Assembly (NCBI GenBank): GCA_002104905.1
Contig: MCFE01000115.1
Location: forward strand, 100,147 to 164,146
Reading direction: 5' to 3'
DNA from: Basidiobolus meristosporus CBS 931.73
Taxonomy: Eukaryota; Fungi; Basidiobolomycota
Length of the DNA: 64,000 nt
A program made the position numbers and the translations under genes. Under the pieces are notes generated by a model. It made no database searches, was not told where the DNA came from, and worked only from the letters and a program-made list of their open reading frames with translations. Of the stretch, positions 1 through 12,562 are shown one piece after another. Position 1 is the first letter of the stretch. Every line of letters starts with the position of its first letter.

Positions 1-591
1 AAACCTTCTTGACGTCCGGACTCGGCGATTCAAGAGCGGGCTGTGAATCCAGCACGACATTCGAGAAGTTGGTGATGGCGTACAGAAGGTGCATTGCATG
101 GCTGCTGATGGAATTCTCCTCTTTCAGCTCCCCATTTTCCTGGCCCTCGATGAATGCAGACACGAGCTGCAGAAGCCCAGCCATCGTGGCCAAGAAAGTC
201 GTGCTGGCGTTATTGTAGGTCAGGAACCGGGTGGAATCGAATCTACAGGTGTGGTACAGTTGCCGGACACTGGCTACAACGGCGTTGAGGGATTCTGTTT
301 CGTGCAGGATGGTTCCGTCTCTGATTGTATTTCGAAATTCTGTAATGGCCCGAATGCCTTCGCTGGCTTGATTGCTCCATGTCAGCTTCGACGCCTCCAT
401 GGATGCTTGTGGTGCGTTGGCGACAGTAGAGAGTACCATACCAATTTGAATATTGCGGGGTGGATCTCCTTGGGCAATATGAACAGACTAGGTATTGAAT
501 AGAGGGAATCAGGGTTGGGAATGGGGACACAGAGGGAAGTAAGCGCCCTCATGCTCAGAGGCGCCCTTTTATCTGGAATGGTCAACTGCAA
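1..591 (-). CDS. Uncharacterised protein, 5' part only; runs off the left edge of the window
   Basis: One minus-strand frame is open from ~410 to base 1 (ASMEASKLTWSNQASEGIRAITEFRNTIRDG...SPDVKKV). The upstream exon and start codon are uncertain. Confidence 0.4.
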
Positions 592-1051
592 CCTAACATG
601 GATCCTGACGTTTAGCTCAAGTCGGCAAACCCCTCTGGTGATTGATAAACATGTTTCATCAACTCTCTTCTAATTAAGGCCAATGCCGGCATACACGCCC
701 ATCAGCCACCTGGTCCATATTGTAATTGATCTGGTAGTTGAAAAGTGGCACCTGCCCCTTAGCTGGATCCTAGGGTGAACGCACTAAGCACAGATAGTCA
801 AAGTGATACTGTGGGCTGAATCGTTTCAGTCACCAAACCGTGACTACAATTTCCGACATGGGCTTGTGAAGGCGCTATAGACCGAAGATTAGCCAGATTT
901 CGGCGAGACAGCGCATCATGTATTCGGATTTCAGGCTGTCATTGGCCCCATCATCTTGGTTGATTGATTTATTTCTTTGTTTATAATACTCCAGTCACTT
1001 GTAACAATAAACAAGCACTAATCCGAAATTTCCTCGGTTCCAGCTGCCAAC

Positions 1052-4000
1052 ATGGTTGCTACGGATTGCGAACAAACCCAAGTCTATGCGCTTGAGACTC
1101 CCCAAGATGCCAGCGCCTATCGCTTCCCTTTCGAGCCATACTCGATCCAGTTGGAATTCATGCAGAGCTTGTTCGAAACCATCGAGAGCTCCAAGGTCGG
1201 CATTTTCGAGAGCCCAACTGGAACGGTGAATATCCCTACTTTTAACTGCTCATGGCGTACTTCTACTAATTGCCTGGCCTACCAGGGGAAATCTTTGAGT
1301 TTGATTTGCGGTGCGCTAACTTGGCTTCAGGAGAATCAACAGCGACACTTGAAAGGTGTGACCACCGTAGACACCTCCAATTCCGAAGGTATCGATCCTT
1401 CATTGCTGCACAACTCATGAATGCGGATACTCACCTCGCCCCAAAGACCCCCCGTGGGTTCAAGCCTTCGCAGTAAACCGCCTAAAAAAAGAAGCAGAGG
1501 AGGAGGAAGCAAAACGACGAGAGGAACACGAAGAGCGAGTTCGTAGAATTCAGGAGCGCGACGAGAAAGAGCGAAAGTCGCTTGCGAAAAAAAGACCCGT
1601 AGGTGGCAGGCTTCTGACCCGGAATAAGCCCCCGTAGTTAACCCCTCCCCTTCCAGAGGACCTATAGTCGCGACGTTGACAAAACAACCAAGAAGTCGGC
1701 TATCAGAGAGGCTGAAGAGGATGAGACCGAGGATGAGGATCAATACATCCTCGAAGACTATGATAGCGACACAGAGAACTCCAAATCCGGACAGCCCTCT
1801 GGCTTTGCCAATTACTCCACCGAGGTTCTTGGCCTCATCAAAAGGTATTTTGCATTCATACAGATATCCACGCCTCTTATTGACGAGCTTCTAGCCTGGA
1901 GGAGAGGGAGAAAGGACTTGCTGGCGTGGCCAACCCTGCCCAGCAAGAGGAGGAGCCCGACGAGGTCAAGATAATCTATTGCTCCCGCACACATTCCCAA
2001 CTCTCGCAGTTTATTCATGAACTGAAGAAGACCCAGTTTCGAGAGGAAGTCAAGTCGGTGTCGCTTGGATCGAGGAAACTCACCTGCATATACGAGCCGG
2101 TTCAATTGCTCAACAATGTAGAACGCATGAATGACACCTGTCTTGATCTCCAAAAGCCAGGTGAGTGGTTTCTGAAGCGGCCGATGAGCAAGGGGCTGAC
2201 CTGAATTGAGCTAGAAACGAAGGCAGAGAAAAAGTGCCCATATCTCCATAAAAACGACCCCGTCCCCATGCTTGACTACAAAGACCGCGTGTTGGTACGG
2301 TGGCTATTGGATGCGACTGCACCGCCCATGACTAACCGGGACTTTAGGCTGCTGTTCAAGATATCGAGGAGCTGGTTAGCGTTGGACGACGGACCGGCGT
2401 TTGCCCGTATTACGGGACCCGAAAGGCCATCAACCCATCGCAGATTGTCACCATGCCGTACAACGTCCTGCTGCAAAAGTCATCCAGAGACGCCATGGGA
2501 ATCTCGCTAAAGAACAACGTTCTCATCATCGACGAGGCCCACAAGTATGCTTGCAAACTTACGCTCCAGCCACCAATCAACCACTGACACTGACTGCTAC
2601 TCCAGCTTGATCGATACCATCACCAACGTGCATAGCTGCACCATCGGACTGAGCGAGGTGGTGAATGCTAACCAACAGCTCCATCTCTATCTAGGCAAGT
2701 ATCGGAATAGGCTAAAAGGAAAGAACCAAATCTACATCCGACAGATATTGGTGTTGCTGGGCGCGCTGATCAAAAACCTGAATAGACACCTGCAGATGCG
2801 CGAGAGCTTGGTCACCAGGGTGGCCGATGACAACGAGGTGACCATGAAGCCGGTCAACGAATTTCTTCATCAGCTGAAGATCGACCACCTCAACATCTTC
2901 AAAATCCAGAAATACATGAAAGAGAGTCAGATCTCCAAGAAGGTATCTAGTGATTCTGAGCCCCCTCTCCTGCAGCCTTCTTACCAACATCCTTAGCTCA
3001 ACGGCTTCACCGAGAGCAACTCGCGAAAAACCCTCCTCGACGAGACCAAGGAGCCCAAGCCCACCTCCGGATTACACAAGGTCGAGGCATTCCTGATGTC
3101 CCTCACCAACGCCAATGCCAATGGCCGCGTCATGACAGGAGTGTCGACCACCAACGACCGGATCTGCAAAACACAGCAGCCCTACCTGAAGTATCTGTTA
3201 CTGAATCCATCTGAGCAATTCAAAGACATCGTTGATGAAGTGCGAAGTGTTATCCTGGCTGGAGGAACCATGGAACCGGTACTTGAGACGCGGGCGCACC
3301 GATCCACTAGTGATGATTTAGCTGAACCCCTTTGTTAGATTTCGGATTTTGTAGATTTCCTGTTTCCCCATCTGCCCGACAGCAAAATCAACAAATACGC
3401 TTTCGGCCATATCATCCCGCCAGAGTCACTACTGGTGCTGAACATTGGCGAAAGCCCAACCGGATACCCACTCGAGTTCACGTACGATCGAAGATCCGAT
3501 CATAAAATGGTAGGGCCCGTCACCACCCCGACCATCTGGCACCGTGTCTTAACGGAGTTTCCTGTCTAGATCGACGAGCTTGGCCAAGTGGTTGCGAACA
3601 TGTGCAACATCATTCCGGACGGTGTCGTTTGCTTCTTCCCGTCCTATTCGTTTCTCGACTCTGTGTACCAGAGATGGGAAAGCACGGGGGTTCTGAGCCG
3701 GATTCGGAAGAAGAAGAAGGTAGATGCCCTCTCCTGTAGACACCTGATTAGAGCGGTGCTAAGCAAGCATATTTCTAGATTTTTCAAGAGCCAAAGGTGG
3801 CTGATATGGTGGATCAAACCCTGCGTGAATATGCCCAGTCCATTGAGCAGCCATCTGTGCGTAGCGTTTTATGAGGCCCTCCTCTTCCTATCACTCATCT
3901 TGCTGTATAGGACAACCTGACTGGAGCCATTCTCCTGAGCGTCGTAGGAGGGAAAATGAGCGAAGGAATCAACTTCTCCGATCGCCTGGGCCGGTAGGGA

Positions 4001-4525
4001 CATTCATGTTTACTTCTTCCGTGCACTTCGCGAAAACTCATGACATGTACAACAGCGGAGTCATTATGGTGGGCCTCCCGTTTGCCAATCTTGCCTCACC
4101 AGAGCTTTCAGAGAAAATCAAGTTTATCGAGTCGAATGACAACTCCGATAAGAGCGGGGTAGGTATAGCAGAGGATGTGAAGAGCTTGCACTTCCTGCTA
4201 ACGCTTGTCCCGAAAACTAGAACAACGGAAAAGGCAAGGCATATTATGAGAACCTCTGTATGAAGGCTGTGAATCAATCCATCGGTACGTGACCTCAGCC
4301 ATCTCACAAAGTGAACCGAAGTCTAACTCTTACTCTACAACAGGCCGTGCCATTCGGCATAAAGATGACTATGCGGTAATTCTGCTCGTTGACCGGCGAT
4401 TCTCCACCGAAAGAATCCAGCAGAAACTGCCAGCATGGATAGGGAAAAGCATAGTGAACTGCCCCAAGTTCGGGATGAATGTCGGCAAAGTTGCCGGCTT
4501 CTTTAGAAACCGAAAGCAGCTATGA
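1052..4525 (+). CDS. CHL1: Chl1/DDX11-family Fe-S DNA helicase (multi-exon)
   Basis: Spliced motifs: [18 protein letters not shown]|GKSLSLIC (Walker A), [21 protein letters not shown]|[38 protein letters not shown]|[10 protein letters not shown]. The introns are GT-AG. Confidence 0.95.
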
Positions 4526-4813
4526 GCCCGTGTTAAAGTATAGCATGAGCATCACCTTCAATCAACAAATAAAAGCCTTATACATAGTATTCCACATGAC
4601 GAACCACTCCTTGCATAGACGTTTGCTGAGAATCGGGCCGACTACGGATCGGGATTCATTTATTAAGTATCATCTTTCCGTATACTTCCAGGTATGAAAG
4701 GAATACTCATTTGTTGACATGTGAGCGAAGTGTGTCTCCAAGGATTATTTAAAAGAATGTGGAGAGGGGAGTCAAACCAACGTTTAGTGACTAGCAAAAT
4801 ACCCAATTCTAAT

Positions 4814-5653
4814 TTATTCGGATTTTTCTGTAACCTCCGATTGGGCGGCTTTTTTCTGCTGTTGCTCCAAGAAGCGTCTAAGTGATGGGAAGGTAGGAAG
4901 GTTGATTAGCTTGCAGACAGCTCAAAAGTTACCCTGGGTTCCACTCACTTTCTAGCTTGAAGAATCATATGCTCTTTTCTCCTCTGTAGATTGTCTTGAC
5001 GTTTGTCTGCAGTGGCCTCCCACACTTTGGGTGGTGCCACTGTAGCATTCTCCTCATTCTCAGGATTGATATTAAAGCGATGGATAAGATTAGTGGCAGT
5101 TGCTTTGCTGTTCGATGACGAGCTTGAGGCGTTATTGGTAGTGGAGGGTGGGTTTTGGGCCGGTTGAGGTGTGGCTTCTACTGGCTGTACATTAACTCGA
5201 GGGTTAGGTGTGGCGGGAAAAGTGAGAAAGTAAATTCCAGCAAACGAAATTACCAACGGGAGTCCACCATCTCGTAAGATATTATCACAGGTTACTTCAA
5301 CTGAACCGGTACGAGCGAGATCGGCCTGGATGGCGGCAATAGGCACGTTAGGGAACATACCGTGAACAGTAGAGACCTTGAAAACGATTAGCCCACCGAA
5401 ACCTTAACTGGAAGGAGCATATAAGGAGGCGATTCACCTGTTCGGGAGATACATATCTCCTGCCAGTGGCTAGTCCAGTGCCTGTACGTCTTTGTCTATC
5501 CTGATTTGATGGCGAGCTGCCTACAAGAAAATCTAGGTTAATCGAAGAGTACATGTACCTTGCGGGTGCAATCTGGGAAAAGGTACCTAACAGCCAGCGA
5601 AAGACCAGAAGTATGATGAAGATGGCAACGAGAATGCTTACTCCGTCGTTCAT
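4814..5653 (-). CDS. Cue1/Cue4-like ER membrane CUE-domain protein (multi-exon)
   Basis: N-terminal TM anchor MNDGVSILVAIFIILLVFRWLLG; CUE domain MFPNVPIAAIQADLARTGSVEVTCDNIL; C-terminal KVWEATADKRQDNLQRRKEHMILQARK|RFLE resembling the U7BR of Cue1. Confidence 0.85.
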
Positions 5654-5998
5654 TTTTAGCAAAGTGGAACTTGATACCAAGGGTGTGGAAATATTAGAGT
5701 GGTTGACTAGTCCCTTGGCACCTTTTCATAAATATCGGGAAATTGGGGGTGCTCATCATTTTGGTAGGTAGAATTAATTAACCGCCAATGGAGCCTTGCA
5801 ATGCATACAGTGGATCTGGCAAATTATCGGGTTGAATTTCATATGATTTCAAGAACCATGGTTCTATGTGCATACATCCACCCACCCACCCGCATACAAC
5901 AATAAAAGCCATCCACTGTTCGTACCCCTTTAATAGGGCTCTTTGTCAAAACAAACTTTGGTAGACGAGAATTTGTGTAGTACGTTGAATATCTAGAA

Positions 5999-8320
5999 AT
6001 GGTCGACCGAGTATATAGCGAGTCTGGGGGACCAGGTTTGAACAATCCCATGCAATATGAAAGAAGGCTCATGATCGATAGGACAAGCAGTCAACAAAGC
6101 GAATTTCTGGGAATCCCAACCAAGATAGCAGAATTGAACGCTGGTAGTATTTGTATTGTATGTACTCTCTTCCATTTCCATTTTTTGGAAACCCCTAACC
6201 GGAGCGATGTTTAAGCTGATTACAGGTACGTCAAAGAGTTCTCATTGTAAAGAGGAACGGCAGAAACAACTGAGCTCCGTATCCAGGGAGAATAGTAAAT
6301 TATTCGACTTTGAGAGCGTTTGTTGGAAGAAAAGGTAAGAACAGTAGTTAGGTTTCAGTCGAAAAAGGACTTGAAAGTGCTCAGTGTATCATCCAAGAAT
6401 CTGGGAAGAATAGATGGAGCCAATCCTTCCATATAAAAGATGATACTGGAGTGGTGCAAGTTAGAGTTTGGTGTGAGGATTTAGGAAGCACCGAGAAATA
6501 TGCCACTTTTACGGTTAGTTGATTTTTGAATCATGACCGTCATGTCCAGGGCTAAACCGACTTGACTTATAAGTTGGATAACCTTGTCCGAGTCAGAACA
6601 GTCGACATTCGACCGTCATACACCCAAACTTCTGATTCAATTGAAAATGCGGTGGAGAGATCGACATCAGTAGTCCCGTATGTTGTGAACCTCAATGACA
6701 CTCCAGACTCCATTTCATACATGGAATTGGTGACCAATGTTGACCCCCGATTGTACAAATGTCCAATCTCCATCAACGACTATCCACGCAAGAATATCCA
6801 TGAATTGAAGGAGATGTGTAAGGGGGATCAGCAAAAAAAGAATAGCGACGCAGTATTATTAGCCTTTGTGAAACAGGTGAGATTTAGCAGTCACGTCTTG
6901 AATTGCTATGCAACTTGTTGACCTCTGCGGAGGTTTTTCCCATCGATGAAATTATGAGCCGGAAGGGGGCGCTCAAGAAACGTTGCATTCTCTTGGTAGA
7001 CTCCGAATCGGAAGAGATCCCTCTATTCCTCTGGGGGGATCACTGTGCTGGGGCAGATAGTTGGGCAACTTTTCATACTGGTACGTTCGCCCTGATAGAA
7101 GTTGCCTTGATCTAATATTAACTCAAGTATTAGTCCTGCTGATAAGCAATGCTACTCTTTCTACATACCAAGAGCAACCCCAACTTACTTTCGGATACCG
7201 CGCTTTGATGGAGGTTGATCCGGATTTCAGGGAAGCTCAGGTAATAGATATCCATATACATATATATATATATATATATCCCAAATACTGATTAATTTGA
7301 TATTGCCTATATCGAAGTGGCTGAGAAAATATGCTGCTACCTTGAGAAATGACACAGATCCACCTCAGGTGTTGTCAGCCTCAGGAGCATCGTACAGCAA
7401 CTGTAAATATGTATCCAACAGTAGGTGACACAAGCCCGTTGAAGCCAGGCCCTGGTGTTTCTAACTCTTAGGGATACAGAGGCTAGTCAGGAGATGTTCA
7501 ATGTGATGTTCAAAATCGTTGAATTGGACACCAAAGCCAAGGAGTTGAAGCCATCAGGTAAAATAAGGATATATTTGCGATAGCTGGATGATAGAATGGC
7601 AGTAACATTCCATAGAATGCACGCGTGGGATAATATTTGCATGTGTGTCACAGTTCAACATAGACAGTGAGAACCCAAGCCACACCATAACCATGGCCGA
7701 ATGGTAAGTAGTCCATCCTACAGTTGTTGATTCCTGGAGGATTGAGCCATCCCCTATGTAGCAAATCCTGCGCGACCAAATTTCACTATCTGGTGGGTGA
7801 GGGTTGCCCAACGTGTGGGAATTCGCCAGATAGATATTTCTACAACCTGACCCATCAATTGTCCTTCATTGACGACACGGCGGAACTGCATACTCCAGTG
7901 ATGGACGACTATGCGATGATAAAATTGATTGGTTACAGGGTTAGGACTACATCCAAGCACCCATATCGCCGCTTGTGCTAACCCCTTTCTAGCCAGAGGA
8001 ATTTGCCACCTTGAATTCGCACGAGAAGACCGTCCTTAAGGTAAACAAAGATGGACCATTCTCGGCACCAGCGAAGTAACATCCTCTGCAAGCAGTATTC
8101 GGTACTATTCGAAAGATTCAAGCTGTTCTTTATGGTAAGTGAAGCATCGTTTAGGAAAGGGGAGAGGGAAAAAAACGAGCCAAATGGTAGTAACCCTGCG
8201 TTCCAGATGTACAAAAACGAGATGAAACAATCCACCGAGATCCGGCTGGTGGACTGCGAAAGAGCCAACCTGGAAGAGATGCTGAACCTCACGTACTTGG
8301 TATCCGAGATGGATACCTGA
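5999..8320 (+). CDS. Multi-OB-fold ssDNA-binding protein with a Cys-containing C-terminal OB domain (MEIOB/RPA1/SHLD2-like), multi-exon
   Basis: OB-type motifs HIKDDTGVVQVRVW, ILLVDSESEEIPLFLWGD and LLISN...MEVDPDFREAQWLRKYA; C-terminal CSKSC...CPTC followed by FIDDTAEL. The exon model was made by eye. Confidence 0.7.
7261..7279. repeat. (TA)n microsatellite inside an intron
   Basis: Direct reading of the sequence. Confidence 0.9.
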
Positions 8321-9078
8321 ACCATGGAACGATCCCACCCCTTCTCCCCCATCCACGTAACTGGATATGTTTGAGGATTGGCTTTGCTGCAGATTCGAGG
8401 AAAGAAGTAACCCACCCAAAGCACACTTGGCCTGTATCACTAAATGCGCATATTTGCTCTACTGGTTACCTTGAACGTGGCACCATGGAATTTCCATCCG
8501 CACGCTTCCATTTCTCTCACCTGCTATTTCGGGACCTACTGGATCGCACCCAAGCCCGCAAACCATTTCCGGATAGGGAAGGGAATTGGTCAGGGAATAA
8601 CTTGGGTCAGGATGGTGGAGGGAGGGGGGAGAGAGGCACACTGACGAAGGTGGATCTCGGTTGGAAGTTCCGGTTGGTTTAGTAATGGTAGTATTGACAT
8701 GACGGGTACACCATGGGGTGGGACCCAAGGTGGACAGAGATGAGAAGAGGTGGATCACTACATTCAGTTACATACATATATATAAGGTGAATGGGAAGTC
8801 TACAGGTGCCCAACAAAAATATACACATTCTTGGGGATCGATTGGCAGTGGGGTGGATGTAGGATGTAGGATGGAGGATGATAAACAATACGGATGTGAT
8901 AGGTATGTGAGCGGGAAAACGAATGGGGAATGGGCATCGGTGTGGCAAGGGAAGGGAAGGGAAGGGAAGAGACGAAACAATACGAGAAGAATAGTAGAGA
9001 AATGATGGGACGTGGGCGGGCAGGGGGATGAAACTATGGTTTGGTAAAGTGTGAACGACCGGGCCCGTTCAGGATCTC

Positions 9079-11900
9079 TCACGAATGAACCTGGGAGAAT
9101 CGGTTGATCCGCTCGGCCAGCGGGGTGAATTGCTCACCACGCTCTATCCTGCGGGGTGGGACCTCCCGGTGAACCGCAGCCTCTTGACCCTCCTCCGTCC
9201 GGTGGTGGTTCCTGCGCTTCAACGCCTCCGCCAGGCTTTCCTGGGAGACGTAGGTGAAGGGGGTGGCGATGGAGCTACGGGGGACGTGGGTGGGTCTGTA
9301 CCCACGATGGTCCGGGGGGTTCTCGGTGGCCGGGGTAGCGGTAGGGTTGTCGGGTCGGTCGATCGGGAACTGGATCCTATCCGGGGACATGGTGATGGTG
9401 GGGGAGGGGGAGGGGGATGGCTGGGAGGAGTCCGGGGATTTGAAGGAGTTCCCGGGGGTCAGGGATTTCTGGACCGGGCTGAAGAGGACCTCCGGGGCGG
9501 AGGCGCCCACACTGTGTCGACTCTTGGGTCGGAAGGAGAAGCGGCGGTTGTAGTTGATGTCGGAGTCGCTGTACCGGCTGCCCAGGCTGAGATGTAGGTG
9601 CTGCTTGATGTTCCCAAGGGTATCTCGGATCCCGGTCGTGCTTTGCCTATCTACATAGGGATCCTCCTCGAAGCTACCCGGGTTCGAGGACGACGAGGAG
9701 GAGATGGCGGACTGCTGGGAGGTGGTGGACCCGATCCGCTCCGACGACTTCTGCCGGGTCAGCTTCTTCGGCTCCAGCCTGGCGCTCAGCTCGTCCACGT
9801 GTCGTTCCGACACCCACGTACGGGTGAGTATGTAGTGGGTGATCGCCTGCTGGGCGGTGTAGAGGCTGTCCTCGGTGGGCTCCTTCTTCTTTCGTAGTAT
9901 GTACATCCTCTCCCAGCTGCTGGAGGAGCCTTCCGAGGAGGTGCCGCCGAAGCCGAAGAGTTTCGACTTGGACTTAAGGTATCCGGGGAGGGGGGCGGGC
10001 GGGTATTTGGGGCCGGACAGATAGCACCGAAGCACAGTGAGCAGCTCTTGCACCCTGGGATCCTCCACGAGGGGCCCTTTGTGCTCGACGCTCGAGAAGC
10101 CAGGATACATGGAGGTAGGGGTGTGCAGGTGGCTCGGGGAGATCGGGGAGGTGACGGAGCCGGAGCCGGAGCCGGAGCCAGACTTCTTCACCGCCGCCAA
10201 CAGGTAGGTGATGTCCATGATGAACACGCCAAGGAACGGGATGGTCGGCTTGGTCACCGGTAGGATCCGCCGGTTTTCGGCACCCTGGCCTTTCAACGCA
10301 TTCCCGTTGATCATGATCTCCCGATACCTCTCGTAGTTGTCCTTTTCGCTCATCAGGTCCGACAGCGTCTCCAGCCGGGTCAGCGTCTTCTTGGGGATGC
10401 ACGCCCAGGTGCGCTTGAGCCTTTGGATGGGCGGGGTTCCGGTGGCACTAAGCACAGCTTTAAGTGTCTGGAAGTTGTTCAGCTCGTAGAGTCTCGTCGC
10501 GATCTTCGCCCAGTAGTTGAGCGTCTGGGCCCTGTGGGATGCCTCGGGGGAGGACAGGATGGAGAGCTCGATGATGCGGGTCAGGTAGTTGAAGAAATCG
10601 GTGGACGCCACGATGCTGGGGTGCGGGGTGCGCGGCGAGTGGGTCAGCAGCGCCTCCGCTGGGATCCGTTGGAACAACGCCGACTCTATCAGGGTCAACT
10701 GGTAGGCCACCAGGTATGGCGAGAATGAGGTGATGCTCGGGGTGGAGGTGGCGAGTTGGATGAGATTGTTCACTTGACCCAGGGTGGCCTGGGTAGAGGA
10801 AATGGTGGAGCACAGCTTCTGCGCCGCCTCCGCGTTGTCATCGCTGTATTCCTCGGCGCCCCGGTTGGAAGTCCCCATCTCGATCATCATGTCATTGGCC
10901 GTCTGTAGCTTCTCACTGAGTGTGCCGAAGGAAGTGATCAGCGGGGACTTGGGAATCCGCGGGGCATGCTCGGCGTCCGCGTTTTCCTCCAACGGAGGGA
11001 GCACTAGGTTCGAGGGATCCACGCACCCCTCCGGTACGATGTTGATATACGTCTGCTGTGACACCAGCGGGGACACGTCGAAAATCCTCAGATTGGGGGA
11101 ATCCGGCGGGGACATGGAGAGTTGGGGCGAAGTTGGTGACACCCCGGCGTCGGAGTCATCGCCATATGCGTCCAGGAAGTCAACGTGGGACACTGTTTCC
11201 CGTGAAATCTGTTAGCTGTGTTGCGGACGATCGTGAAGCAAAGCTTACCTTTCGGGATATCTATATGAAGGGGGGCATGTGGCCTGACCTGCACGGGAGG
11301 TCGGGGTGGGGGCTGGACCGGTTTCGGTAGCGCCCTAGCTTGGGAGGTATGTGGTAGTGGTGCGGGCATCGGGGGAGAAGGTTTAACCTGGGTGGTATTC
11401 GTCAGCTGGGCTGGCTTTGGGGGCAGGGGCTTTCGTTTAGGTGGGAGGGTAGCGAGGGTGGGGTCAAACGATCTTTCGATGATCGGGGAGTCTGGAGGGT
11501 AGAGGGAGCTTCGGATTGGTTTGGGTGGGATGGCAGGCTTGATGGCAATACTCTTTTCCACTATCGCCTGCACTTCGTGAAGAGATTTCATACAGGTATC
11601 TAACATAAGCCCTGCCACCGGAGGCTTCTTTACGATGACTGGGGTCGGGAAGGGGTGAGTCGCAGGTTGGCGCAAGCGAACAAGCAGAAGCAACTGTACC
11701 GTTGTCACGAAAGACGATACTCCGAAGGTTGTTCAGCGCGATGTCAAGCACCTCGAAATATGTGAAGTAGGCATCCTGTGATATATGAAAATTAACGAAC
11801 GGCTCTGTTTCCCAGATGCCTGGAAAAGCGCTCTAACCTCAACAAAGCCTTTTGATAAGCAAGAGGCCGCCTTTGAGACGAGTGGTTGGATTTCATCCAT
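9079..11900 (-). CDS. RasGEF (CDC25-domain) protein with a helical N-terminus and a Pro-rich linker
   Basis: CDC25 motifs VAYQLTLIESALFQRI, LYELNNFQTLKAVLSA and PTIPFLGVFIMDITY in ORF 9079-11193. Upstream exons from ATG 11900 (MDEIQPLVSKAASCL...) are joined by GT-AG introns. Confidence 0.85.
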
Positions 11901-12562
11901 GTACACAAACGTATGTGGTCTCAGTAGCTGTGCTGTTACTATGTGGTGGTGGAAGCGGGAGGACTATTCGTGTGGGAGAAAGCTGAGGGAAAGGAGACTG
12001 AATAGTTCGCAGTTGTTACGGTACTCGCGTAGTTGGTGATGAACAAGTCGAAAGACAATCAATAAATGGAAGTTGTTTTTAGCTTCATCCGGATCACGTT
12101 TTATTCTGATCTTAGTTCAATTTGACTATTGCTGATCGAAGCGTGCATGACTCGTCAGTAGGTGTCATACAAATGAACGGTAGTGTTTTTTGTTTTAAAG
12201 TCAAAACAATTCATATTTCCCATATCGAGACGGGGTTCGTCACCCCCAAACTCCAATAACATGCCATCCATCATCGCCGACAAAACGAGATTGATTGATT
12301 TCGAGAACTGCCGATATGGCAGTGGAATGCTTCTACACTTCTGGGATTGAGCCACCATTGGGGATGTGTGGCTTGGTGTGTTCCAGAATCCCCGGTTCGA
12401 GGCCTTGCTGATGCCGAATTTTCTACACTAGTATATATTGAACCCATTACTCTCCGCATTCCATTGAATGGTGGGCAAATGCCAGCGAGGCTCCGTCTTC
12501 TCACAGCATCTATCTTTTTAAAGGAATTCCAATTTTATTCATGCAGTCACGACGACGCTCCG

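Noticed and set aside
8371-9082. ORFs of 60-100 aa between the OB-fold gene and the RasGEF
   Set aside because: Purine-rich low-complexity sequence consistent with convergent 3' UTRs.
9085-10813. Numerous overlapping ORFs in the RasGEF region
   Set aside because: These are shadow ORFs of a GC-rich coding sequence and carry no motifs.
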